From: a virus
Taxonomy: Duplodnaviria; Caudoviricetes
Length of the DNA: 63,198 nt
Direction: 5' to 3' (one strand)
IMG/VR virus record: IMGVR_UViG_3300035136_000041
Location: 1 to 63,198 of that record
Shown piece by piece: positions 37,839 to 47,771 of this stretch (positions are counted from its first letter, which is position 1; each line of letters begins with the position of its first letter). Under the pieces are notes generated by a model. That model searched no databases, was not told the DNA's origin, and saw nothing but the letters and a program-made list of their open reading frames with translations. The translations under genes were made by a program, and so were the position numbers.

Positions 37839-39032
37839 ATGGCCCTGAAGTTCCATTCCGCAGCCGATCTTTTCCCGTTGATGAGCGACGCCGATATCGA
37901 CAAGCTTGCCGAGGACATTCGAGAGCATGGACTCGTCGAGCCAATCGTCGTGCACAGAGACGATGGCTCGATCCTCGATGGGCGGAATCGCTATCTGGCC
38001 TGCAAGAAAGCGAAGGTGAAGCCAGATACTGAGCAATGGGATGGCCCCGCCGGCTCAGAAGTCACCTACGTTATCTCTCGCAATCTCCACCGACGCCACC
38101 TCAACGAGAGCCAGCGAGCCATGATCGCAGCCCGAGTCAAGTCGATGTTTGAGGCGGAGGCAAAGAAGCGGCAACTAGCCACACTGAAGCGGGGAAAAGA
38201 AGCACCAGCCCCCGTTAAGGAAAATTTACCTGAACGGGACAAGGGTCAGTCTCGAGATCACGCCGGCGAGATGTTCAAGGTCTCTGGGCGCTCGGTCGAC
38301 CACGCCGCAAAAATTCTTAAGAACGCGAGCCCGGAGCTCGTGCAGGCTGTAGACGATGGGACAGCTACGCTCGCTCAAGCCACCAAGCTCATGGGACAGG
38401 ATCACGACACCCAACGCAAGGTCATCTCACGAGCACGGGAGACCGGCAAGACTGCAACGGAAGCATACAGGGTCGTCAAGGCTGAGCACATTGCAAAGGC
38501 AGAGATGACAAAGCCAAGTGGCAAATACCGAGTCATCCTTGCTGACCCACCATGGTCCTACGGCAACAGCATGCCGCCCGGTACCACAGAGCCTCGCGAT
38601 CATTATCCGACGATGAGCCTTGAGGATATTTGCGCATTGCCAGTCAAAGACATGGCTCAAGACGATGCGGTGCTTTTTCTTTGGGTGACCTCCCCCCTTG
38701 TCCCGGAATCCATGCAAGTGATTGAGGCGTGGGGGTTCAAGTACAAAGCAAGCTTCGTTTGGGATAAAGTCAAGCACAACATGGGGCATTACAACTCAGT
38801 CCGCCACGAATTCTTGTGGATCTGCGTCAGAGGAAGCTGCCAACCAGACGTGCGAAAGCTATTTGATTCGGTGGTCGTCGAGGAGCGCACCGAGCATAGC
38901 AAAAAGCCAGAGCAATTCTACGAGATCATCGACACGCTCTATCCACAAGGCAAGCGCATAGAGCTCTTCGCTCGCGCAGCGCGAAAGGGTTGGCAACGGT
39001 GGGGATTTGAAGCGGGAGAATCAGATGCGTGA
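37839..39032 (+). CDS. ParB-like N-terminal domain fused to MT-A70 adenine methyltransferase
   Basis: HSAADLFPLM...GLVEPI...ILDGRNR...NLHRRHLNESQRA; VILADPPW, HYPTM, LFLWVT, WGFKYK, HSKKP, ELFAR. Confidence 0.92.
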   Translation: MALKFHSAADLFPLMSDADIDKLAEDIREHGLVEPIVVHRDDGSILDGRNRYLACKKAKVKPDTEQWDGPAGSEVTYVISRNLHRRHLNESQRAMIAARVKSMFEAEAKKRQLATLKRGKEAPAPVKENLPERDKGQSRDHAGEMFKVSGRSVDHAAKILKNASPELVQAVDDGTATLAQATKLMGQDHDTQRKVISRARETGKTATEAYRVVKAEHIAKAEMTKPSGKYRVILADPPWSYGNSMPPGTTEPRDHYPTMSLEDICALPVKDMAQDDAVLFLWVTSPLVPESMQVIEAWGFKYKASFVWDKVKHNMGHYNSVRHEFLWICVRGSCQPDVRKLFDSVVVEERTEHSKKPEQFYEIIDTLYPQGKRIELFARAARKGWQRWGFEAGESDA

Positions 39033-39489
39033 GCCGAGTTATCCCGACGCCAGGCCGAATACATTCAGGGACGGGATTGAATTCCAAGATTTTGTTTGCG
39101 TCCAACTGGCTCGGTATGGGATCATCCTTCAAAATCTAGCATCGAAGAAATACCAGTACGACATAGGAGAAAATCTCCAAGGCTTCGAGATCAAGCTCGA
39201 TGCTCGTCATATGGAGACTGGAAGATTGAGCATCGAAATCGCGGAGAAGACAAGAGCAGCAAATCCAACCTGGGTACCAAGTGGCATATATCGTGAGGAC
39301 AATAGCTGGCTTTACATCCAAGGTAATTACCAGAGGATCTACGTCTTCGACAAAGGGGTGCTCAAGCGTTATCACCGACAGAAACGTCCAAATGAATACG
39401 AACACCCAAGAGATCACCCGACGGTCCGGAAGTTTTATCTGCCGCACAAGACGGCGGAAGCAGCAGCCGCAAAAGTAATCTGCTTGTAA
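39025..39489 (+). CDS. Putative PD-(D/E)XK endonuclease
   Basis: EFQDFV...GENLQGFEIKLD...TGRLSIE; overlaps the methyltransferase stop. Confidence 0.55.
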   Translation: MREPSYPDARPNTFRDGIEFQDFVCVQLARYGIILQNLASKKYQYDIGENLQGFEIKLDARHMETGRLSIEIAEKTRAANPTWVPSGIYREDNSWLYIQGNYQRIYVFDKGVLKRYHRQKRPNEYEHPRDHPTVRKFYLPHKTAEAAAAKVICL

Positions 39490-40523
39490 TGCCCGACTCA
39501 ATCGTCATCCTACGCTGTAGTAAGAAGCACAAAGCCACCAAAATCCATACGTTGAATGGTACAGACTGGGAAACCGAATCTTACAACGCTGGAAAATGGT
39601 TCGAGCCATACGTCAGATCGGTAGAGGACATCCTGCAACTCGGCCGCCTGATTCATCGTGCCAGCCTCGATGATCGTGCCCTGATTGTCCGTGCTGGACT
39701 CAAAACCACCCCAGAGAAGGGACAGCTTATTCGCAGGCAGTACTTGCCAGATGATTCGGCTCTTATCGACGTCGATAGACAGTGGCTCGCCATCGATTTG
39801 GACAGCGCCCCAGCCCCAAAATGGCTTGACCATCACGACCCCAAGAATCTCAACGATGTGGTCAGATGGTCCGTGCTTCAATATCTCCCACCCATCTTTT
39901 TCGGAGTAGCATGCTATTACCGCTGGTCTGCCTCGGCCGGGGTTAAGCCATGGGACGAATTGAGACTGCAATTGTGGTATTGGTGCGATCGCAAAGTCTC
40001 CAATGCTTCCCTCAAGAATTGGCTGCGTGATACCCCCTACATCGACGTGAGCCTTTTCTGTGCAGCTCAGATTCACTTCATTGCTCGTCCTGTCTTCATC
40101 AACGCCCCCGACCCCATGGGTGATCATCGCGACGGCATGCTACACGGACCACCACATGTCGTTCTACCAAACTGCGTAGTCGATCTCAAGACTTACCAAC
40201 GCCGTATCCAAGAGCGAGCAGCCAAGCCAAAACCGGCAGTCAAGGGTGATCACCACACCGCCTTCGTTCGCGGCTGCGTCCGCAGAGCTATTCAAAATAT
40301 CCGCGATGCCACCGAGGGCAATCGGCACCGAACCATATTTGCTGCGGCCGCATGGCTCGGCAAGCTCGTGGGCGGCGGCTTACTAGACGAGACAACGGCC
40401 GTCGTCGAGCTCGAGCGCGAAATGAAAGCCAAGCTCCCAGCCAAGCGGCACAAGATTGAACTCCGCGCCATCCACGACGGGATCGAGCGAGGAAAAAAGA
40501 CTCCCTTTGATTTTTCTGCTTGA
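39489..40523 (+). CDS. Primase-like replication protein (Prim-Pol-like N-terminus, PriCT-like C-terminus)
   Basis: WLAIDLD, SASAG, QIHFIARP; EGNRHRTIFAAAAWLG. Confidence 0.55.
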   Translation: MPDSIVILRCSKKHKATKIHTLNGTDWETESYNAGKWFEPYVRSVEDILQLGRLIHRASLDDRALIVRAGLKTTPEKGQLIRRQYLPDDSALIDVDRQWLAIDLDSAPAPKWLDHHDPKNLNDVVRWSVLQYLPPIFFGVACYYRWSASAGVKPWDELRLQLWYWCDRKVSNASLKNWLRDTPYIDVSLFCAAQIHFIARPVFINAPDPMGDHRDGMLHGPPHVVLPNCVVDLKTYQRRIQERAAKPKPAVKGDHHTAFVRGCVRRAIQNIRDATEGNRHRTIFAAAAWLGKLVGGGLLDETTAVVELEREMKAKLPAKRHKIELRAIHDGIERGKKTPFDFSA

Positions 40524-40548
40524 CACCTACCTAACTACGCTGTAGACT
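40520..40548 (+). promoter_or_regulatory. sigma70-type promoter
   Basis: TTGACA-N17-TAGACT; an 18-bp hairpin follows at about 40581-40637. Confidence 0.7.
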
Positions 40549-40857
40549 GCCAGCGTGAGTATCAGGAAAGCAAACATAGTTCTGTAGCCCGGGCCGGGTA
40601 CCTCTCCTGGTGCTCACAACCCGGCCTGGGTTGCAGATTTTTGGAGGCCGAAGTGGCTGAGTTCAAATTCGAACCGATCAATTTCACAGGGTTGACTATA
40701 CAAAGTAGCGACGGTTATGTGGTGCTCTCACAAGAGGATCCAAGCAACGGACGGCTCAATATCATCGATTTCCCGATGCGTCTTGCCTATCAAGTCGGAT
40801 TGGCAATATCAGAATGCGGCGAGGAAGCAAACCGTGAGGAAGAGAAAGGAGATCGAA

Positions 40858-41043
40858 ATGGCTGAGTTCAAGCAGTATCACATCCAGGTGTACAGGAACG
40901 CAGATAACGAGATAACGATCAGACAAGACCTCTACGGTGGAAACATGGTGATAATGTTGACGCCAGATCAAGCAGATGCCGTCTGTGATGCGATTGAGGC
41001 TGTTAGTAAAAGAATCACGTCAGACATGGAAAACGACGAGTGA
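40858..41043 (+). CDS. Hypothetical protein
   Basis: AGGAG before ATG. Confidence 0.55.
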   Translation: MAEFKQYHIQVYRNADNEITIRQDLYGGNMVIMLTPDQADAVCDAIEAVSKRITSDMENDE

Positions 41044-41047
41044 ATAA

Positions 41048-41455
41048 ATGGCGGCCGCTGTAACAGTCGTCGGATTTGCCTTCTCCGATCTCAGATTCGA
41101 TACACTCGCCAAACTCCTTGGGCTCGCAGACGCCGACCACGCCAGAGGCAAAATGCTGCGGCTGTGGCAGTTCTGTACTGAAAAGCAAAGCCATTCGCTA
41201 TCCGAGGTAGAGATCAGCGTGGTGCTCGGCGATCAGGGGGTAGCCGCATTACTCGAATCTGGGCTCGGCGAGAAAGACGACGAAGGCAACATCAGAATCA
41301 AAGGCACTGGAGCACGAATCGACTGGTACAGCAGAGAGGGGCAATCAAGGGGTGGGAAGAATCGGATGAAGAATGCGAAACGCGACAAAGGTGGAAGATT
41401 ACTTCCGAACAATGCAACGTGCAATGATAGGGGTGATGATGACATTCCATTCTGA
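41048..41455 (+). CDS. Replication-initiator-like protein with SSB-type acidic tail
   Basis: ARGKMLRLWQFC...RGGKNR..A.RD.GGR; ends DDDIPF; followed by repeat-rich DNA. Confidence 0.5.
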   Translation: MAAAVTVVGFAFSDLRFDTLAKLLGLADADHARGKMLRLWQFCTEKQSHSLSEVEISVVLGDQGVAALLESGLGEKDDEGNIRIKGTGARIDWYSREGQSRGGKNRMKNAKRDKGGRLLPNNATCNDRGDDDIPF

Positions 41456-41770
41456 AATCTCCAGCAAATCGCCGATTCTACCCAGCACAGCCAGCTTAAT
41501 CCAGCTCCAGTCCAGCTACCGTCCAGGTATACATGGTGCAGCTGGACCAGCTGAACACCAGCTCAATCCAGCTAAACTATCAACTATATACTTTCGGATT
41601 CAATCCCTAGGTATAGGCATAGACTAGGTGATAGGTATAGCAATGACGGGCGTCATAGGTACCACTAGACTAGTCTATTAGTAATACCCTGCCCAGCCTA
41701 GGTAGGGGGTAGACAATGGGTTAGGTATAGTTTAGGGTAGGGGATAGATAGGCGTAGGTAATGGTAGACA
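41456..41770. repeat. Putative replication origin: CCAGC cluster followed by TAG-rich tract
   Basis: Many CCAGC copies at 41461-41573; repeated TAGG/TAGGTAT/TAGA at 41608-41770. Confidence 0.5.
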
Positions 41771-42229
41771 TGGCGTTGGGTGAGGAGAAGACAATGGGAA
41801 GGCAACAGCTACACTATGAGAACCTAGCGGGCATGCTTATTCGTAAGGAAGGCAAGCTAAGCTGGTGGTGTACCGTATGCCATAGAAAGGGCGAAAGCCA
41901 CATCGTGTTGAAGAAGTGCCCCATTTGCAAAGGGAAAGGAAGGACAAGGTGAAGACACACGACGAACAGAGACTCGACAGAAGCGTCAAATTTCACATGG
42001 ATGAAATAGAACAAGCGATTAAGGCTGAAAAGGGCAAGAATACGGTATATTATATTGTTTACGGTGGATTAGAGGTGAATCATCTCACAGAGACATTTCG
42101 ACTTCTCAAAGATGAGCTTGAAGCACGAGGTTACAAAGCCAACTGGAAATATGACAACACAGGATATGGAGATGGTACTGGCATGGGTGGAACATTTTGC
42201 ATGTCAATACTAACGAAAGGAAACCGAAA

Positions 42230-42570
42230 ATGAAAGCAGTCTACATCGCAGGCCCATTCAGAGCACCGACCCGTGGGAAGTCGAGACCAATATCCGCACC
42301 GCGGAGACGAACGGTTTGTACGTGGCCAAGCTCGGAGCGATTCCACGAATCCCTCACACCATGTATCGATTCTTCGACGGCTCGCTGCCGGACGAGTTCT
42401 GGTTGGAGGCGGCCATGAGTCTGTTGCGGACGTGCGACGCGATCCTCATGCTGCCTGGCTGGCGACGCTCGAGAGGATCGGCGGCAGAGCTGGCTGTGGC
42501 TGAGAAGCTGGGCATGGTGGTTTTGTACAGCCTGACTGAGCTCGGGGACTGGCTTGAAGCGAATCGCTGA
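42230..42570 (+). pseudogene. Nucleoside 2-deoxyribosyltransferase-like (DUF1937/DUF4406-type) gene split by a 1-nt frameshift
   Basis: MKAVYIAGPFRAPT continues in the -1 frame as PWEVETNIR...IPHT...CDAILMLPGWRRSRGSAAE. Confidence 0.75.
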
Positions 42571-42599
42571 GCGTGGTAGAGTCGAGTGAGGAGGAAGAC

Positions 42600-42998
42600 A
42601 TGCTGACAGATCTGAGGAGATTCTCGAAGAAGTACCGAGTCAAGAGAGGCGAAGAATGGGATGACTGCGACGAAGAGGATCGAGCTTGGCTGAGCATCAT
42701 CCCAAGCAAAAGTTATCCTGGTGGCCATATGTACACGATCAGTGAGACGCGACTTGGATACATGAGCCCGCCAAACAAGCTTCGTAATGGGTTGAAGAGA
42801 AATCTCCTCGCCATCGATGGTGTCGAGATCGCTCAGGAGGGCGACTGCGAGTTCGCGGTGTCTTTCCCGGTCGAGCTGCTTGACACTGTGGCGAGAGTAG
42901 TGAAGGCGATTCGAAGAAAGAAGATGAACTTCTCGGATGAGGAATTACGGATTCGAGCGGAGAGGATGAGAGAGCTGCATGCTCTAGGGAAGCTCTGA
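42600..42998 (+). CDS. Hypothetical protein
   Basis: GAGGA before ATG; QEGDCEFAVSFP. Confidence 0.6.
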   Translation: MLTDLRRFSKKYRVKRGEEWDDCDEEDRAWLSIIPSKSYPGGHMYTISETRLGYMSPPNKLRNGLKRNLLAIDGVEIAQEGDCEFAVSFPVELLDTVARVVKAIRRKKMNFSDEELRIRAERMRELHALGKL

Positions 42999-43120
42999 AA
43001 TCCTTATCTACAGACAATATGGCGACTCTAGAATGCTCTTATCACAGACAACAGGGCAAAGATGTCCTAGGAGTCGTCCAGAGCCCAAAGACATCTCAGA
43101 CCAGTAGGAAGAACCAACCC

Positions 43121-44023
43121 ATGGGAGTAAGCATCCTCAACGCCGATTGCCGCGAGGCCCTCACCCAGCTCGCTGACGAATCGGTACACTGCGTGGTCAC
43201 GAGTCCGCCTTATTGGCAACTCCGAGACTATGACCATCCAGATCAGCTTGGCCTCGAGGCCTCGCCGACAAAGTACGTCGAGGCCCTCGTTGCGGCATTC
43301 AGGGAAGTCCGACGCGTGCTGCGACGCGACGGCACCCTGTGGCTGAATCTTGGCGATACGTACATCGGTGGCCGCAGCGGCCGCATGGGATCGACCGCGA
43401 TCACGTCCGGACGCAACCACCTTGCGGCCCAAGCTGCATGGAAAGCATCTGGGGGCCGAACTCATCGGCGGTGTCCTGGGTTCAAACCAAAAGACCTCGT
43501 GGGCATTCCGTGGCGTGTTGCGCTTGCGTTGCAGACCGATGGGTGGTGGCTGCGCTCAGACATCGTGTGGCACAAGCCCTGCCCTATGCCGGAGCCGGTA
43601 CGCGATCGGCCGACGCGAGCTCATGAGTATCTTTTCCTGTTCGCCAGGTCGGAGCGGTATTACTACCGCGCCGAGGCAATAGCAGAACCCATCGCCGAGC
43701 AACAACCTTGTGTCGATGATGGCGGGCAACCAGTCCGCACACGCAACCGACGCGACGTGTGGACGATCGCCCAAGAGCCATTTGTCAAGAGCCACTTCTC
43801 GACGTTTCCCACTAAGCTCGTTGAGCCGTGCATCCTGGCTGGTTGTCCACTGGGCGGAGTTGTCCTCGACCCCTTCGCTGGTGCCGGCACCACAGGGCTC
43901 GTAGCTGACCGGCTCGGCCGCGACGCGATCCTGATCGAGCTCAATTCGGACTACTGCGAGATGGCTGCTTCGCGAATAAAGATGGACGCGCCTCTAACAG
44001 CTATGGTATCATTGACAAAGTAA
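43121..44023 (+). CDS. DNA amino-methyltransferase (N4-C/N6-A, beta class)
   Basis: VVTSPPY, LWLNLGD, IVWHKP, HFSTFP, VLDPFAGAGTT. Confidence 0.93.
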   Translation: MGVSILNADCREALTQLADESVHCVVTSPPYWQLRDYDHPDQLGLEASPTKYVEALVAAFREVRRVLRRDGTLWLNLGDTYIGGRSGRMGSTAITSGRNHLAAQAAWKASGGRTHRRCPGFKPKDLVGIPWRVALALQTDGWWLRSDIVWHKPCPMPEPVRDRPTRAHEYLFLFARSERYYYRAEAIAEPIAEQQPCVDDGGQPVRTRNRRDVWTIAQEPFVKSHFSTFPTKLVEPCILAGCPLGGVVLDPFAGAGTTGLVADRLGRDAILIELNSDYCEMAASRIKMDAPLTAMVSLTK

Positions 44024-44198
44024 AGGACCAGACCATGCTACCCAAACGACAACTCGACCTCGGGGAGCGGTGCTGTATGACCTGCCGCTTCGAGCCTCTC
44101 GACTTGGAAAAGGACTACCCGTGCTGCGAGTGCTACGAGCTGAGCGGGTGGGAACCGAAGGAGGGCAGCCCAAACGAAGAACCACAGGAGGACTCGCA

Positions 44199-44417
44199 AT
44201 GCCATCAAAACTAACTCACCTCTCCATAGCCGGAGATGCCGCCTATCGAGATGGCTACACCCATGGCTCTAGAGGACTGCCTATCGGCGGGCTGTCTAGT
44301 CCCCATGGATTACGCGAGGCCTACATGCATGGTTACGAGGCCGGCCGAAAGCTATTCGAGGCTAGGAGACAAGAATCCCAAAGTCTCTGGGAATTGAGAC
44401 AGATGAAAGGAGCCTGA
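44199..44417 (+). CDS. Hypothetical protein
   Basis: AGGAGG before ATG; AYRDGY...AYMHGY. Confidence 0.5.
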   Translation: MPSKLTHLSIAGDAAYRDGYTHGSRGLPIGGLSSPHGLREAYMHGYEAGRKLFEARRQESQSLWELRQMKGA

Positions 44418-44419
44418 CC

Positions 44420-44674
44420 ATGGCTAAACACACACCGGGGGAGTGGGAGTACGTACGTGGAGCTAAGCTAGGATACATCGTTGCGAATAGCAAGCTGGTA
44501 GCCGATGTCAGTGGTCCTGATCGGATTACCCAACTCGCCAACGGCCGTTTGATCGCCGCAGCTCCGAGGATGCTCGAGCTGTTGCAGGACCTCATGGTAA
44601 CATGGGACGAAGATAGATTGGACGAGCTCAGATTGAGAACCAGAGCGTTGTTGAAGGAGGTGAAAGGTGAGTAG
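44420..44674 (+). CDS. Hypothetical phage protein
   Basis: KHTPGEW...ANGRLIAAAPRMLELL, a widespread phage motif. Confidence 0.7.
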   Translation: MAKHTPGEWEYVRGAKLGYIVANSKLVADVSGPDRITQLANGRLIAAAPRMLELLQDLMVTWDEDRLDELRLRTRALLKEVKGE

Positions 44675-45119
44675 ACGAAGCTGCGATACGTGTCTATTCG
44701 AGAAGCTCTCAGTGGATCAGGATCCATGCTGCGATTGTGCAATTGGTGGCGAGGACAATTGGCAGCCAAAGCCAATTGTATACAAGGGAGACGTATCGCT
44801 CAGCCTAGAGAAGATATTGAAGCTACTACGAAGAATTGCTGCGGCCAAGTCGGCGGGCGAGCGCGATACTATCTGTGCTGATATCGATGACCTGTTGGAG
44901 GAGGTGGAAGATGACAGACATCGAACTCGAACAATTCATTCGAGAAATAGTCAACGATGAATTGCATGGTGATCGAAAACCTGGCAAGCTTGCTGTGTGG
45001 GGCGCACAGTCGAAGAAAAGGATTGGCGAGCTCGTGGGAGATGCGTTGATGCACACGAAAGTTGTAGTGATTGATGGGCGGGGGATAACAACCATCTCAG
45101 GACATAAACCGCTTTGGAA

Positions 45120-45884
45120 ATGAGGAGGTGGAAGGTGGCTGAGCGACTGCGCACCCACTACCTCGACTACTTCATCAAGCTCAAATGCGCCCCCGATCTC
45201 CTAGCTGCAAAGCTGTTCCCCAACGTCAAGGAGATTTCGGAGACGCTAACAGCGTACACGGCTGTGCGGCGAGTCGTCGGGACTCAAAGGCTCGGAGATA
45301 AGTCAATTACCCTCATCGACGTCGGTAGTGGCGTGAATCCGAGGACTGCGGCATTCTTCGCTTGCATGACTGCGTGGCAGACGATTGCGATAGATCCGAA
45401 TCTCAGGCAATCTGGTCCTCACAGGATTCGTCGCGTCGAGCAGATGAAGAAGCGAATCGAGGACGTGACGATTGAGACTTCAGGCTTAGCTGTGATAGTA
45501 GCCGTACATGCTCACGTTGATCTTGGAAAGACGTTGATGGCGGTTGAATCGCATGGTATGATCGTAGTTGCCATGCCGTGTTGTGTGCCGCTGACTTTGC
45601 CGATAGAGCCGGCGTATGATTACGAGGATCAAGCGTGTCTGTCGAAGAAGCGGCGAGTTCTGATTTGGGATTTGAGGGAAAGCAATGAATCTGAAAAACC
45701 GGAAGAAGGCGACGGACCGGACCTCGAGACTCTTGGAGACAACTCTCACGCAAGCCATCGAGAGACTGAAAGGCGAGATGCCCATCTCTGTGCACTGGGT
45801 GCAGGTACATGCTGCGCCGTACCAGCGGAGCGCAGAACTCAGATTCAATGGGGTGGTAACGCTATCGGTGGAGGTGGAGGATGA
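45120..45884 (+). CDS. SAM-dependent methyltransferase-like protein
   Basis: LIDVGSG, VAVHAH, AMPCC motifs. Confidence 0.65.
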   Translation: MRRWKVAERLRTHYLDYFIKLKCAPDLLAAKLFPNVKEISETLTAYTAVRRVVGTQRLGDKSITLIDVGSGVNPRTAAFFACMTAWQTIAIDPNLRQSGPHRIRRVEQMKKRIEDVTIETSGLAVIVAVHAHVDLGKTLMAVESHGMIVVAMPCCVPLTLPIEPAYDYEDQACLSKKRRVLIWDLRESNESEKPEEGDGPDLETLGDNSHASHRETERRDAHLCALGAGTCCAVPAERRTQIQWGGNAIGGGGG

Positions 45885-46056
45885 CTGAGAAGAAATGCTC
45901 AACATGCAAGCACGTGGACAACAGTTATCCGTTGCAACTCTGCCGAGCACCTGGGGGTGGGCCTCCTAAATGCAGAAATTACAGTCTATGGGAACCGCAA
46001 CCTAATGAGCCCGATGATCCCGACGATGAGGTGTGGTACGATTCGATGGTGAAGAA

Positions 46057-46446
46057 ATGAGTATTTTCGTCCGGCGAGGAGCTCGGAAGTCGTGGAGGAG
46101 GAAGAAGGGGAGTATCGGTGCTCCTGCCGGAAAAGTGCGCCAGCTCAAAGACATGTCGGAGGATGAGATCAAGGCTATCGAGTCGAAGTATGGCTGCAAA
46201 GTCAGCACACCTGGGGTTCGAGTGAAATGCAAGAGCTGCTCGGCGCCCATCGTTTGGACACGCACTGAGAGCGGCAAGAGGTTGCCGTGTGACGTGGAGC
46301 CGACCGACGACGGGCTGTTCTACCTCTTCCGCCGAGACGACCGCATTGAGGCTATCTACGTCAACAGTTCCCACCCATCAGCTGTACGAGCTAGAGCTCG
46401 AGGACAGAAGCGATACCGCTCGCATTACATAACATGCGTTGGTTGA
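46057..46446 (+). CDS. Zn-binding hypothetical protein
   Basis: CKSCSAPIVW...GKRLPCD...SHYITC. Confidence 0.65.
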   Translation: MSIFVRRGARKSWRRKKGSIGAPAGKVRQLKDMSEDEIKAIESKYGCKVSTPGVRVKCKSCSAPIVWTRTESGKRLPCDVEPTDDGLFYLFRRDDRIEAIYVNSSHPSAVRARARGQKRYRSHYITCVG

Positions 46447-46494
46447 TCGAACAAACAATGCAAAAAAGCATCAATGATTACAGCCAACTCCAGT

Positions 46495-46512
46495 TGTTAG
46501 ACGCGTCTAACA
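46495..46512. promoter_or_regulatory. Perfect 18-bp palindrome (operator/parS-like)
   Basis: TGTTAGACGCGTCTAACA. Confidence 0.65.
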
Positions 46513-46900
46513 GAAATCCTATAAATCTGATATAAAAACCCAAAAATGGCCTCAAATATATCGAAATAATATCTTCAATATACTATCAACACTTGTAACT
46601 CACCGTAACTACTACCAGAAAAAAAGTTCTTGACTTCCTGTTTTCGGGTGTGGCACATATGATCTCCCTCCTAGTCAGGGGAGCCTCATCCGAAAGCCTA
46701 GTCACTCTGACGACAACTGCTTGATTTGAGGCTGTGAGTTGTCTTTGCCTCGTCTGTCGTTGCTTCGCCGCCTAAACCACTCATTGCCATCGACGGTGCC
46801 TTTCGTCTTATGAGCTGCTTCGGAGGTCAGCTCATGACTTAAGGCTAGGGGGGTTTTGGTGAGGGGTGTATCTCGAGCCAGCTGTCAGACTGACCTAACT

Positions 46901-46920
46901 CTGTTAGACGTGTCTAACAG
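46901..46920. promoter_or_regulatory. Second copy of the palindrome
   Basis: CTGTTAGACGTGTCTAACAG. Confidence 0.65.
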
Positions 46921-47081
46921 CATCACACCTATACCTACATTGCCTATTGTCCGAGATTGGATCTTTGGTAAAATCTCCATCTCCTGGGCGATCCTTGTAT
47001 TTCGGCACCTTTGGAGTCTTTTTGCGAAATCTGCATCTCCTGGGCGATTTGAGGCAACACCCACCTCCACCCACACCTGGA

Positions 47082-47146
47082 ACAAAATCGTCCCGAGCCA
47101 TGTAGATTTATTTGACACAACCTGCGTAGTAGTCTAGACTCTAAAT
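47082..47146 (+). promoter_or_regulatory. Early promoter with conserved upstream element, copy 3
   Basis: ACAAAATCG..TGTAGATTTAT-TTGACA(47112)-N17-TAGACT(47135)-N6-ATG. Confidence 0.8.
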
Positions 47147-47338
47147 ATGAGGACGACACAAGAGATGCAAGGCGGATTCTGGGACATGGGCGACGATTGG
47201 GCCGACGCGATCGCCGAGTCGGACGCCAACCCCTACCGCGGCTGTGACGCAGCATTTGCGGGCGACGATGCCCGGACGCAGTCAGACGACAGCTACGACG
47301 AGCTCGTAGCCCACACACTCTCGACGATCAGAGAGTAA
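47147..47338 (+). CDS. Small acidic early protein
   Basis: Directly after the promoter. Confidence 0.5.
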   Translation: MRTTQEMQGGFWDMGDDWADAIAESDANPYRGCDAAFAGDDARTQSDDSYDELVAHTLSTIRE

Positions 47339-47348
47339 GGAGACGACG

Positions 47349-47771
47349 ATGAGAGACAATTTAGTAGTAGTCGAGACGATCCCCGAGTACCTACGTGCCA
47401 GCCACGCGGCCGCGGGCAACAGCGGTGTATGGCCCGGCAATGGGGCCCAGCGCATCGTGATGGACCGTGGCGATGCTGAGGAGCTCGTCGAGCACGATTC
47501 CCAGTGGTCGGAGATACTCGAGGGCGAGGATCCCGCGGACTACGGCGACGACGAGCGATGCTTTCGCCCCACCCACACAATCGTCCTCGAGAGCCAAGAC
47601 GGCTACCGCGAGGAGATCCCCGTGAGGCTCGTCGACGGGGCAGCGTACACCCGTGAGGAATGGGATGCTGAAGTCCCAGCCGACTGGACTTACGACGAGG
47701 AGCGCGGATGGCTGTTCTTGGGTGAGCCGTGCCCGACTGTATTTAGCAACGTGCAGGTGATCGAGCAATAG
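47349..47771 (+). CDS. Hypothetical acidic early protein
   Basis: AAGGAG before ATG. Confidence 0.65.
   Translation: MRDNLVVVETIPEYLRASHAAAGNSGVWPGNGAQRIVMDRGDAEELVEHDSQWSEILEGEDPADYGDDERCFRPTHTIVLESQDGYREEIPVRLVDGAAYTREEWDAEVPADWTYDEERGWLFLGEPCPTVFSNVQVIEQ

Noticed and set aside
46690-46715. Hammerhead ribozyme (GAAA and CTGACGA)
   Set aside because: Too few bases between the motifs to form the required stems
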